Part shown: in pieces, positions 1-12,839 of the stretch | How the letters are laid out: every line of letters starts with the position of its first letter | Numbering within the stretch: the stretch's first letter is position 1 | DNA from: Eledone cirrhosa | Taxonomy: Eukaryota | NCBI GenBank assembly: GCA_964016885.1 | Contig: OZ024740.1 | Coordinates: forward strand, 87,792,001 to 87,856,000 | Reading direction: 5' to 3' | Length of the DNA: 64,000 nt | The notes under the pieces: model-generated | The model's database searches: none | The model's input: only the letters and a program-made list of their open reading frames with translations | What the model was told of the DNA's origin: nothing | Translations under genes and position numbers: made by a program

Positions 1-480
1 GAAAAAGCAAGCTACACAACGATTGCCTCGGAACATCCTCATCCATCATGTCTACAGGCAACTATAGCTGGTGTTGTTAAAACTGGTTATAAAAACAATA
101 TTTATAGCGTACTCTAACAGTCTTCTATAAAATCACTGCCATCTTGGCAAGCCGTCTTGCTACATCCTTTTCTGTATGACACTTCTGTAACGGCTGCAAA
201 CATATTTCATTGCAATGAGTTAATTGTGCGTAAATAGTGTGGTAAAACTAATTATTACGTTAAAATTTGCTAACGGACATATGAGCAAATAAGTGATATT
301 TTAGTAGCTATCACTTCATCACCAGAAAATGCTGTTTATTTTAAGTTGTTTGGGGATTTGTTCAGTGCATTGTCAATTGGTAAAAAGTATTTTTATTGCA
401 AGATAGTTTTTGCGTTTTTATGTGTAAAATTTCGGACAAATCAAGCCTTCTGGTTCCCTTAACTAAAGAGGCCCATAGGG

Positions 481-1840
<1,360 letters not shown>

Positions 1841-2029
1841 GAATGTAAGAAATGATTGTGTTTTCACCAGATTCCCATAAATAAATTGATAAACTTTAGA
1901 CACAAACCTACGTATGTGCACATCTGTATGCAGAAGTGTATTCTGATGTATAACAACGTGTCTTTTAAACCCACCTTTGTAAATCGATACTAATGTATAG
2001 CACATTAGGGTAATATATTGATATGGACC

Positions 2030-2400
2030 CATAATCACACACTTCCAAATTTGTACGTTTCACACAAGAGAGATGCAAACAGTTTCTAAAACATTTGAAG
2101 CATGCTTTATCTATTTCCCCAGTAAAGAAAGCATTTTCTTCCCAGTTGTCATCGTGTATTTTAAAGGCTTTCAAAAAGGACTTTAATGAATCCTTAAATC
2201 GTAGCTTTTGTTTGTGCAATATTTGCTTTCTACTTACAAACCTAACACAGCATCTAACTCGCGATTCTCCGGTCATTTATTCATACAATGTGTCCGGTCC
2301 AACGTTAACCGTTTTGTGTATCATTCCCTCAATATTCCAGACATCAGCTTCATGCAAAATCTCTCTGCCCCCGAGAATGAGTGACATTCAGAATATGTCT
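2030..2400 (-). pseudogene. Degenerate RTE-like LINE 3' fragment
   Basis: Minus-strand peptide QKLRFKDSLKSFLKAFKIHDDNWEENA resembles the conserved C-terminus of RTE ORF2; boundaries approximate. Confidence 0.45.
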
Positions 2401-2584
2401 TTAACATCTCTGATGAAAGTACTCCAGAACATTTATAAAATGCCTGTAAAGAACTCATTTTTAACATGTGTAAAGAAAAAAAATCAACAAAGGATCGATC
2501 GACTTTCGTTAAATCGGACCGAGGAAATAATGTTTCCGTTGGTCTTTCCAGTTGCTAGTACTATCTATCTGTCGCAACTCCAGG

Positions 2585-2710
2585 TAGAAGGAGCAACGTG
2601 AAATAAAGTGTCTTGCTCAAGGACATAACGAATCGCCCGGTCGAGGAATCGAACTCACAACCTCAAAATTGTGAATCCAATTCTCTAACCACTCAGCCAC
2701 ACGCCTTCAC
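2585..2710 (-). mobile_element. tRNA-derived SINE head
   Basis: Minus strand reads GTGAAGGCGTGTGGCTGAGTGGTTAGAG (A box) ... GAGTTCGATTCC (B box) ... GTCCTTGAGCAAGACACTTTATTTCAC, a typical mollusc/cephalopod SINE layout. Confidence 0.75.
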
Positions 2711-3192
2711 CAAGCACGATACACAGCATTCTTTGTTTGAATGTGTCTTTGAATATATAAACTTGCATACCTGAGGAGATATAGAAGAAGAGTCGGGCCC
2801 CGGTTATTATGATTCTACTCTGAGCTGATCGATATTGAATCAATTGTAATATGCTGCAACACTGACTTCGATTCTAATTACTTTTTCGCCTCGCTTTTTC
2901 CTGCCCGCCGAAAATGCGATTCTCGCTGAATCTTTATTTGTATATATATATATAGTATAAAAAAACGAAAAATCAGTGATGCATCTGGATTTAATTTATT
3001 GCGTGTTACAATTGTTTCGCCGGCAGGTAGCTCGAGACATGGTCCCTGTATGGATCTGGCTGATTCTACGGCTGCAGGTTCCTTCAGACACGGGTAGTTC
3101 GTTTGGAGCAAATTGTATCAATAGATTTAGGTGGTGTTTGACCTGTTCCGAGGAGGCTAAATTTTATATGTATATATACATATTATATATAC

Positions 3193-3285
<93 letters not shown>

Positions 3286-3394
3286 AAGTTTTATTTAAAT
3301 TGTTGGGTTAACAACGAGTAAATATTTATAACTGATATAAAAGCACTCAACAAGTATTTGGAGTATATTTACGATATTAAATAAATGGAAACTA

Positions 3395-3501
3395 TATTTA
3401 TAAAACCATATTTATTTCATTATATATATTTCAGGGATATCATATTAAAAATATGTTATGCCTTCTTCAGACAAAATACAATATAAACAGTCTTATAAAT
3501 A
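3395..3501 (-). ncRNA. Minimal hammerhead ribozyme (family B), mirror copy in the left palindrome arm
   Basis: Reverse complement of 3604-3710. Confidence 0.7.
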
Positions 3502-3603
3502 GATAGATTCGACATACCTTTCAACTTCGACTTCTATTTGAAAATAGAAGTCGAAGTTGAAGTCGAAATAGAAGTCGAAGTTGAAAGGTATGTCGAATCT
3601 ATC

Positions 3604-3710
3604 TATTTATAAGACTGTTTATATTGTATTTTGTCTGAAGAAGGCATAACATATTTTTAATATGATATCCCTGAAATATATATAATGAAATAAATATGGT
3701 TTTATAAATA
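3604..3710 (+). ncRNA. Minimal type I hammerhead ribozyme (family B)
   Basis: CUGAAGA at 3635-3641; stem II AGG..CAUAU/AUAUG..CCU; GAAA 3673-3676; palindromic mini stem III UAUAUA; UA then predicted cut after 3684; stem I AUUUUGU/AUGAAAU with outer helix UAUUUAUAAGACUG/UGGUUUUAUAAAUA. Confidence 0.7.
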
Positions 3711-3854
3711 TAGTTTCCATTTATTTAATATCGTAAATATACTCCAAATACTTGTTGAGTGCTTTTATATCAGTTATAAATATTTACTCGTTGTTAACCC
3801 AACAATTTGGGTTATATATATATATATAACCCAAATTGTTAACCCAACAATTTG

Positions 3855-3921
<67 letters not shown>

Positions 3922-3924
<3 letters not shown>

Positions 3925-4034
3925 TTTTAATATAGATGAGATTCTACAGGACTAGAACTGTTTCATTCTTTAGAAATCATCCTGTATTGAGTACCTTACT
4001 TACTGTGGTTACCTCCGATTCAACCCGGAATAAC

Positions 4035-4036
<2 letters not shown>
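3922..4036. mobile_element. Short rearranged PLE end: inverted, core-truncated family-C hammerhead joined to the 3' tail
   Basis: 3922-3981 is the reverse complement of the 20404-20461 region and breaks inside CUGAUGA; 3982-4036 matches the tail at 20476-20530. Confidence 0.75.
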
Positions 4037-4090
<54 letters not shown>

Positions 4091-4106
4091 ATATATATAT
4101 GTGTAT

Positions 4107-4174
<68 letters not shown>

Positions 4175-4254
4175 CAAAGGAATTGTGGTAAGGAACCAGA
4201 TGGACCATAACGCACCAGAGTACTCAATACTTAGGGTAGTAGAGTGGGAAATAG

Positions 4255-4362
4255 GAAAAAGTATGACCCCGACGGCAGAGCTCAAGCCGTTTCGACGGCT
4301 ATTTCAGTCCAGAAATAACTGTCGAAACGGCTTGAGCTCTGCCGTCGGGGTCATACTTTTTC
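4255..4362. repeat. Fold-back inverted repeat containing the 3' half of a hammerhead
   Basis: Arms GAAAAAGTATGACCCCGACGGCAG.../...CTGCCGTCGGGGTCATACTTTTTC; + strand reads hairpin, then GAAA CGGC uugagcucu GCCG UC. Confidence 0.8.
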
Positions 4363-4418
<56 letters not shown>

Positions 4419-5975
4419 CCGACAGTATGAGACGTACAAGCCCATGTACCTGTGGCATTCACTCTGCTTAAATGTTAAATGCTTTCTTTATTAAAATATT
4501 GTTGAAAATATTATACAGAAAATACTTCTAATTCTCACATTTTTCAATCGTTATCTTTGTTTTTTTGTTTTAGTAATTTTCAATAAAAATGTTCGTTTTC
4601 CTGATAACTTTATTTCTTTACATTGTAAAGGTCTAATAATTCCATATAGTTTTAAGTTACATCCTTAACACATTAATCATTGTATCTAGTTGAATATATT
4701 ATCGTGTATTTTGCTAAATATATTACTATTAATTTGTTTATTTAATTTCTAATCAAAGTAAGTTTTATTTTATTTACCAATTGTCCATTTTTATTTCTAC
4801 ATCCAATATCGTCAAATCTAAATTAAGAGCGCATCATCCACAAAATAGTTTAAACACTTGATCTGACCAATATCTGTTGGAATCGAAATAGTGATCTTCT
4901 TTAGACGAGTAACGTTTAAAAAGGTCTGCAAGGAATTGTAATTGTGGCTTTCGGAATGACGTTGGGCGTTTGATTTTAAACACAGAAAAGATTAATTCTT
5001 GAAGAGTATTTTAGTGCCGTGAAGAGGAAAAAGAGAGGTCGTAAGTATCCGGTAGTCATCCATGTTTGAAAATTAGATGGAGTTTTTTTTAGGGATCTCA
5101 TGAAGGGAAGACAACTGGATAGGGGAATAGTTCCAAGTTCCAGCTTGTCATTGAACTCTGCACTAGGAAGTCATCATGGTTTGAGATCCCCCCTCCCCCC
5201 AAAAACCCGGTGATCTGCTGGTAATGACATGGCGAATAACGAAGAAGGTTACAGTATATTGTTAAACATCTGGTGAGCGATGTTAGGTTATTTGAATAAT
5301 ATAGCATCATATCTGCTTGAAGAAGGTTTTAAGAAATTTGACCTGAGGGATGATGCGCAAAACCTGACACTACGCTCAACTATGGGTAGAATAAACAAGA
5401 ATAACCAGTGCAGAAAAGTCCTATCAAGGTACAAACGGTGAGATAATAATAGAGAAAAAACAACAACAATATAGAACAGCAACAAAAAACCCTCAGAGGT
5501 TAGTTGTAAAGAAGTTATAACGATACGTTACTACACGCGGAATTACCTTTCCATTATCTGTTTAGATTAGCTTCTTTTATTCCATTGTGAATATTAAAAT
5601 TCTCACGTGATCAGTTTTATACAAAATACTTCTATTTCTGTACATTACATTATATGATCTTCTATGATGTCTAATTATTTCAATAAAATACAATGATAAT
5701 TTATCGAGTAGGGACAGAACTTTCTATTTTAGCTCTAATTATACATTTTACGATACACCAGTGTTTTTTTTTATTGAAATTTTATTTGATCCTTATTTTT
5801 CATATATCGATCTAGTTGCCTGCTGATACCCTAATACACGGCTTATACGAATATAACAACGAATATTTCCGGGTTTAAATTTTGTTTTCTTCATTATCAG
5901 TTCCCTTGCGCAATATTTAACCTAATACTATTCATATATTCACGCACGCACACACACGCAGACACACATACATAC

Positions 5976-6042
<67 letters not shown>

Positions 6043-6165
6043 TATATATATATATGTATATAAGTATGTATATATATATGTATATATACACAAATATACA
6101 TCTACATACATTTACATACATCTACCATACTCTCTTTCTCTCTCCCTCCCTCTCTCTATCACTCA

Positions 6166-6269
<104 letters not shown>

Positions 6270-6477
6270 ATATATATATATATATAAATCTTATGAATTA
6301 TCGAAGCACTAGGAGATTTGAACTTTTAAAATGTGCGCATTTCAAACGCATAAAATAACTGTAACAGTCGATCGTTGTAAATAATAGTTTAGAAAATCGG
6401 GTAAAATACACTTAGAGGCGGAAAAAGTGGCCTGGGTTATAAAATAAACTGCCTAGGGATAAACGTAAGATCAGTTG

Positions 6478-6570
6478 CATTAAAAAGTACAAACAAGATG
6501 TTACTAAATAGAATTAAGCCACATCAAAGACCTTCATCAAAGACCAAACAAAAATGGCTTCAGACCAATA
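6478..6570 (+). pseudogene. Possible tiny RTE-type RT remnant
   Basis: Degenerate reading NKMLLNRIKPH...NGFRP resembles the RTE RT N-terminal motif; frameshifted. Confidence 0.35.
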
Positions 6571-6915
6571 TAATTCAATTTTTATTAATTGTTTGCAATT
6601 TTATCTTTGCTTTTTATACTGAAAGCCTGGTCGAGAGCTTCCATGGCTCATTCTTTACTTTTTTTAATTTGTAAAAAAATGTACTAGCGTGTTCCTAAAA
6701 AATAGGGAATACTAGTTTAGCTCAATTTAACTGTCACATGACACTGAAAGTGGCGCTGACAACTGTAACAGCCATTTCCCAACGAATAGATTTAGCTGGT
6801 GTTTGACCTGTTCCGAGGAGGCTAACTTCTGTGCACACCAGTCCAACATGGACTGCCGCCAGCATTATCTTAATGATGCTGGCTTAATTAAAGCATTGAG
6901 TGAGTAACAGAACTG

Positions 6916-7342
6916 TCAAAGATACACGAGTTCATCCTCAGAAATTCGTTTCAGCATGTTAACTGCAAACTCTTTTCGTCTTGGTTTATCCTTTGGCTCG
7001 AGTGCCTGTAAGATTTTCCCTTTGTAAGCGTACAATCGCAAGTTCTTGTGTTTAACGTGGCATCTGTAACTGTCTAGCAGCAGTACGGATGGACTTTGTA
7101 GGAGAACGCTCAAAGGCTTGTCTTACACGATCGATGTTTTCATCAGATGTTCTTGGTTGTCCACTCTTCCTTTTATCAAACACAGTCCCTGTGTCCATAA
7201 ATTTCTTGTGCCATGCCCGAATTGACGGACGTGGCGGTGGATCTCTTCCATACTTAGTTCTGTAGTTTCGCTGAGTCGGTGTATCCTTTTTTTTTTCAAT
7301 AAACCATGACACACATTGTGCCTTTTCTTGAGGACTAGCCAT
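6916..7342 (-). pseudogene. Tc1/mariner transposase N-terminal (HTH) remnant
   Basis: MASPQEKAQCVSWFIE...RDPPPRPSIRAWHKKFMDTGTV...SPTKSIRTAARQLQMP, continuing after a frameshift as LRLYAYK..LQALEPKDKPRRKEFAVNMLKRI; truncated before the catalytic domain. Confidence 0.85.
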
Positions 7343-7509
7343 TTTTTAGCGGTTCATTTAATAGTGCCTCTTTTATCAAAAGGTTACCTGAAATACACAA
7401 ATACAATGCGATTAAAAACGTTGATAACTACTGAGTACATAGAATAAAGGTGATTAAGATATCTCATCAATTGCCTTTGAAATATATTAAAAAAATTTTA
7501 AAGAGTCAC

Positions 7510-7577
<68 letters not shown>

Positions 7578-7579
<2 letters not shown>

Positions 7580-7686
7580 GTTTCTACTTTTGGCACAAGG
7601 TCAGCAATTACCCAGTTCATTACTGGTACTTTATTTTATCGACCCCGTAAGGATGAAAGGCAAAGTTAACCTCGGCGGGATTTGAG
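7578..7686 (-). mobile_element. SINE fragment (octopus-type, recognised from memory)
   Basis: CTGGTACTTTATTTTATCGACCCCGTAAGGATGAAAGGCAAAGTTAACCTCGGCGGGATTTGA resembles the central part of cephalopod SINEs. Confidence 0.6.
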
Positions 7687-7813
7687 GTTATATATATATA
7701 TATAATGAATGTAGAAAGGTAACACACGAGTTGATATATATAAAAACAAATAGTAGAAAGGAAAAGGATTTTTTCAGTAGAAAATGTTGAAGAGGTTTTT
7801 TTTAGTGAAATTT

Positions 7814-7885
<72 letters not shown>

Positions 7886-7911
7886 ATATTATATAGATAT
7901 ATAGATATATA

Positions 7912-8942
7912 TTAATAAAGTTAGTCCTTCATCAGTGATCTCCCAACCTTCATTGGTATTTCATCGCTTTAAAGATCATATACCTCCGGTTGGTGCGAGC
8001 AACGGCTAAAGAAAGTCGTTGGGACACGTAAATAAAGGGAACGAGCGAGACTGTAAACAATCAAAGATGGTAATGCAACGAAAAGTGAGGAAGGAGGAGT
8101 CAAGTCCCAGAATTCTATGAATATACGTTCTGTGAAATCGTGGACGAGAGAGAATAAAGACCATCAAACCTAGTCGAAATGTGAGCAAGGAAAGAATTTC
8201 GCACAGGTCAAACTGGAGGAAGAAGGAGTCTAGTCCCTGAATTCGGTGAACATAAGTTCTGTGAAATCGTAGACAAGAGAGAAAAAAAAGGAACAACCAA
8301 CCAGGTCAAGTGTGCGCGAAGAAAGAATTTCGCACAGGTCAAACGGGAGTAAGTAGGAGAGGGAGTAGCAGAGAGTGAGTGAGTGAAGGGTGAGGAAGAG
8401 GTTAACAGAGATAGTGACTGTTAGAGAGGGTAAAGGGAGGTGAATGATACAGAGAAAGAGGAAGCAGTAAGAATGAAATTAACGGGTCACAGCGGAGGAA
8501 AATATATGTGTGAATATGAAAACAAGACGTGCTGTGTGGTTGCAAATGGGTTACATATGAATAAAGTTAATCCTTCACAAGTGATCTTCCAACCTTCATT
8601 GGTATTTCATCGCTTTAAAGACCATATACCTCCGGTTGGTGCGAGCAACGGCTAAAGAAAGTCGTTGGGACACGTAAATAAGAGGAACGAGCGAGACTGT
8701 AAACAATCAAAGATGGTAATGCAACGAAAAGTGAGGAAGAAGGAGTCAAGTCCCAGAATTCTATGAAGATAAGTTCTGTGAAATCGTGGACGAGAGAGAA
8801 TAAAGACCATCAAACCTAGTCGAAATGTGAGCAAGGAAAGAATTTCGCACAGGTCAAACGGGAGGAAGAAGGAGTCTGGTCCCTGAATTCGGTGAACATA
8901 AGTTCTGTGAAATCGTAGACAAGAGAGAAAAAAAAGGAACAA
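7912..8942 (-). repeat. Partial tandem repeat (period 646 bp), PLE pseudo-LTR-like
   Basis: Near-identical blocks offset by 646 bp (ORFs at 8006 and 8652); homologous to 37568-38706, which abuts a PLE RT ORF. Confidence 0.85.
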
Positions 8943-9002
<60 letters not shown>

Positions 9003-9004
<2 letters not shown>

Positions 9005-9090
9005 TTATCCCGGGTTCAATCGGGGGTAACCACAGTAAGTAAGGTACTCAATACAAAGCAGAGTATAAATATTTATTATAGAAAAGGCTT
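9003..9090 (-). mobile_element. Isolated family-C PLE 3' tail
   Basis: TTATCCCGGGTTCAATCGGGGGTAACCACAGTAAGTAAGGTACTCAATAC matches the reverse complement of 20476-20530; other copies at 9738-9790 and 37457-37497. Confidence 0.8.
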
Positions 9091-9125
9091 TCTATATATA
9101 TATATATAACCCTTTTCTATATTAA

Positions 9126-9207
<82 letters not shown>

Positions 9208-9224
9208 TTAATATAGAAAAGGCT

Positions 9225-9266
<42 letters not shown>

Positions 9267-9378
9267 TTGTAATAAAATGAAAACGAAATTTCATTTCTCA
9301 CTCTTAGTACGGCACTTACTTAAATGTAAGTATGTATGTATACGTACATACATATATGCATACAGACGTACAGTAGCA

Positions 9379-9471
<93 letters not shown>

Positions 9472-9875
9472 GTACACATACATATATGTACGTATCAGTT
9501 TAGCGGACGCTTATTATAACGCCCGCTTTGTTCGTTTGTAAACAAACTGAACAGCCTGAATTTATGCCGTACGGTGTTAAGGCAACCACGTCACCTTTTT
9601 GTTCAACACTGACACAGGAACGATGTACTAGTTTCAAGCTTGTTAGCTATCATCAGCACCGTATACCCTTCTGCCAGATGGTTGAACGTTCGAAAGTATA
9701 TACTTTCTTTATGAAAATTAACGGCTGAGCAGCCTAATTTATCCCGGGTTAAATCGGAGGTAACCACAGTAAGTCAGGTACTCAATACATAGTTGTACAA
9801 CATTTTAATATAGAAATCATCGCCCTCTCCTACCACCAGAAAAGGCTTAAATACCACCATATTACTTGGACAGTC

Positions 9876-9926
9876 GGCTCCCTGATGATTTCTCCCGAAT
9901 GAAACAGTTCTAGTTCTGTAGAAGCC
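9876..9926 (+). ncRNA. Type I hammerhead ribozyme (family C)
   Basis: GGCUCC CUGAUGA uUUC uccc GAAu GAAA CAG uucuaguu CUG UA|GAAGCC; predicted cut after 9920. Confidence 0.7.
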
Positions 9927-9989
9927 ATTTCCATATCAAATATATATATACAGATGTGAGAAAAACCACAGACCCTCCATTTCAACTCA

Positions 9990-10027
9990 CCTTTTGAAAA
10001 GCAGAAGAACTGAGAAACCGGTAAAGG
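9990..10027 (+). ncRNA. Candidate minimal hammerhead with U3-A8 core (family E) in a ~210-bp repeat (9955-10167; second copy 12569-12777)
   Basis: CCUU UUGAAAA g CAG aagaa CUG a GAAA CCGG UA|AAGG; the copy at 12604-12641 has GAAG in place of GAAA and a GUC site. Confidence 0.5.
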
Positions 10028-10184
10028 AACCAAATAAATATATATATATATTTTTAAAAATAAGACTCCAGTTGCATTTTCGATTTCATCTCATTTTCTT
10101 TATACTTTCACTCGTGTAGGACACCTCGGTTATTTTTCATTTTGTAAAAATAACCTCACTTTCTAATATATATATATATATATA

Positions 10185-11302
10185 TAATACATTATAAAGA
10201 AAGAAGAAACGTTAGACATAAATAAAAATATATATATACCCAACATTCTTCAACATCCTTGACTGCGCAGTTTCGTGGCTACTATGCAAAAACATTACAT
10301 CATAGAGATGCAGTATTTTTGTGAGGTTTGCCAACTTATCAGTTTCAAAACACGTCCGGAAGGCGTGAGAGAGAATTCCGGAAAGGCGGAGGGGGAACTT
10401 ATCATGTGATACAGTGGTCAAGAAACAGAGTTAAGCCTCTTACAACAAAAAGAAAAATACCACAAATGGCGGAGGTGGTATTAATATCTCGGCTACAGAC
10501 GAGGTGGCTAAGGAGGGCTAGAAGTGTAAATAGTGTAAGCTTGACAGCAGTCACTATACTTCTGTGGTTACTCTACCGTAGGGAGTTATAGACAATAAAA
10601 AGAAATACACAGATACATGCGAATACATACATATACATGCATATACACACATATATCCCTGAATTTGTGTGGTGCCAACCTTAACCGTTGTTGCTCTATG
10701 ATTAATAGGGACAAAATAATCTGAATGAATTAGATTGACTCAATATCAGAGCTATATAATACATTATAAAGAAAGAAGAAACATTAGACATAAATAAAAA
10801 AAATATATATACCCAATATTCTTCAACATCCTCGACTGCGCAGTTTCGTGGATACTATGCAAACACATTACATCATAGAGATGCAGTATTTTTGTGAGGT
10901 TTGCCAAATTATCAAGAGAATACCTCATTAAAGTTTCAAAACACGTCCGCAAGGCGTGAGAGAGAATTCCGGAAAGGCGGAGGAGGAACTTATCACGTGA
11001 TACAGTGGTCAAGAAACAGAGTGAAGCCTCTTACAACCAAATACACGAAACTGCGCAGTCGAGGATGTTGAAGAATATTGGGTATATATATAATTTTGTT
11101 TATGTCTAATGTTTCTTCTTTCTTTATAATGTATTATATAGCTCTGATATTGAGTCAATCTAATTCATTCAGATTATTTTGTCCCTATTAATCATAGAGC
11201 AACAACGGTTAACGTTGGTACCACACAAATTCAGGGATATATGTGTGTATATGCATGTATATGTATGTATTCACATGTATCTGTGTATTTCTTTTTATTG
11301 TA
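10185..11302. repeat. Direct plus inverted repeat block (period about 570 bp) with degenerate hammerhead
   Basis: 10185-10445 resembles 10755-11037; 11044-11302 is the reverse complement of about 10592-10850; minus strand has GAAA CUGCGCAG UC but the core reads AUGAUGU. Confidence 0.85.
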
Positions 11303-11327
11303 TATATATATACATATATATATTTAC

Positions 11328-11375
<48 letters not shown>

Positions 11376-11465
11376 GTATGTATTATGTATGTATTCACTG
11401 AAAATACATATAGACCACATACATGCACACACCATCGCGATCAAAATATACGCTGCCGCAAAACA

Positions 11466-11603
<138 letters not shown>

Positions 11604-11616
11604 CATATATATATAT

Positions 11617-12036
11617 TAGAATTGGTGACTGAAATAGCGATGTATATATGAATGTATATATAGTGTATTTGGTAATACACTGTATGCTTAATTAAAAGCA
11701 TTTTGAAGACCTTACGCTATTGTTTTAAAGTAGTGACTATGTCACTTACTTCTTTTTTCAAGAAACAAAGGGAGATAAGCTGACAGATCTCTGTTTCATA
11801 CTGTTGGTATTCCTCAGAGCTTAGCACTCCCCTTGTTTGTTGAAAATTATGAATGTTGGATTCTTATAGAATTCCAGTAATAATCAGGAACTGATTATAC
11901 AGAGCGGTTGCCGGTCCAGCAAAAATTGAAAATTAGAATTGGTCCTCTGAATTAACGATGTATATATGAATGTATATATAGTGTATTTGGTAATACATGT
12001 ATGCTTAATTAAAAGCATTTTGAAGACCTTACGCTT
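11617..12036 (-). repeat. Diverged ~1.3 copies of the 316-bp HHR repeat (family A)
   Basis: Shares ATTAGAATTGG, TATGCTTAATTAAAAGCATTTTGAAGACC and TAAATAATCAGGA with the 13.5-14.7 kb array; the unit restarts near 11931. Confidence 0.85.
11776..11823 (-). ncRNA. Canonical type I hammerhead ribozyme (family A, C3-G8)
   Basis: Minus strand: UAAGCU CUGAGGA AUAC caaca GUAU GAAA CAG agau CUG UC|AGCUUA; all stems fully paired; cut between 11782 and 11781. Confidence 0.88.
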
Positions 12037-12039
12037 TGG

Positions 12040-12245
12040 AAAATACAACAAGAGTATTATATGGAACAATGAATGAAAGAATGGTGGCACAGTTAGATGG
12101 GTGGGTTCTTCAATGATAAGCCTAGAGGCTTGTTAAGAGATTTCCTTCGCTGGTTGATTTAACGTTATCTTAGGAAGCATCAGGGGATGTGATTCCAACA
12201 TAAGAATCACAGTGGCACAGAAGCAGTAGTATATATAACGGTAGT
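12040..12245 (-). pseudogene. Possible degenerate PLE GIY-YIG remnant upstream of the family-A repeat
   Basis: Minus-strand reading ..LLLCHCDSYVGITS.. resembles the PLE motif YxFxCxCxxxYVGxT; short and disrupted. Confidence 0.3.
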
Positions 12246-12488
12246 GTTATAAGGAATGTCTGTCTGTCTGCTAGGCGTTCTTGCTGAACAGAAATTCGGG
12301 AATGTGTAAACGAGGTTACATCAGTGCATCATTTAGTGGGGATAGACATGCACACACACAAAAAAACACACAAACACGCACACATACACACCCGCACACA
12401 CACACATACACACGCACACACACCGACACATATATTTACATACTCGCACATGCACATTTGTTTACACATACATATACACATAAATAAA

Positions 12489-12566
<78 letters not shown>

Positions 12567-12774
12567 CATGTGAGAAAAACCACAGACCCTCCATCTCAAC
12601 TGTACTTTTGAAAAGCAGAAGAACTGGGAAGCCGGTCAAGGAACCAAATAAATATATATATTAAAAAAAAAATAAGACTCCAGTTGCATTATCGATTTCA
12701 TCTTTTTTTCTTTATACTTTCACTGGTGTAGGACACCGGTTATTTTTCATTTTGTAAAAAAAGCTGACTGTCTA

Positions 12775-12835
<61 letters not shown>

Positions 12836-12839
<4 letters not shown>

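Larger units (their letters stand above)
3297..3808. repeat. Long inverted repeat (243-bp arms, 26-bp spacer) of a PLE pseudo-LTR-like sequence
   Basis: 3297-3539 is the reverse complement of 3566-3808; flanked by (TA)n; homologous to 27010-27227. Confidence 0.95.

Noticed and set aside
1-200. Possible host exon at the window start (also 1000-1160, 2980-3110, 5000-5500)
   Set aside because: No recognisable protein motif or consistent splice-site chain; cannot be supported without RNA-seq.
2640-2710. tRNA gene
   Set aside because: Only A and B boxes, no convincing cloverleaf, and it continues into a SINE body.
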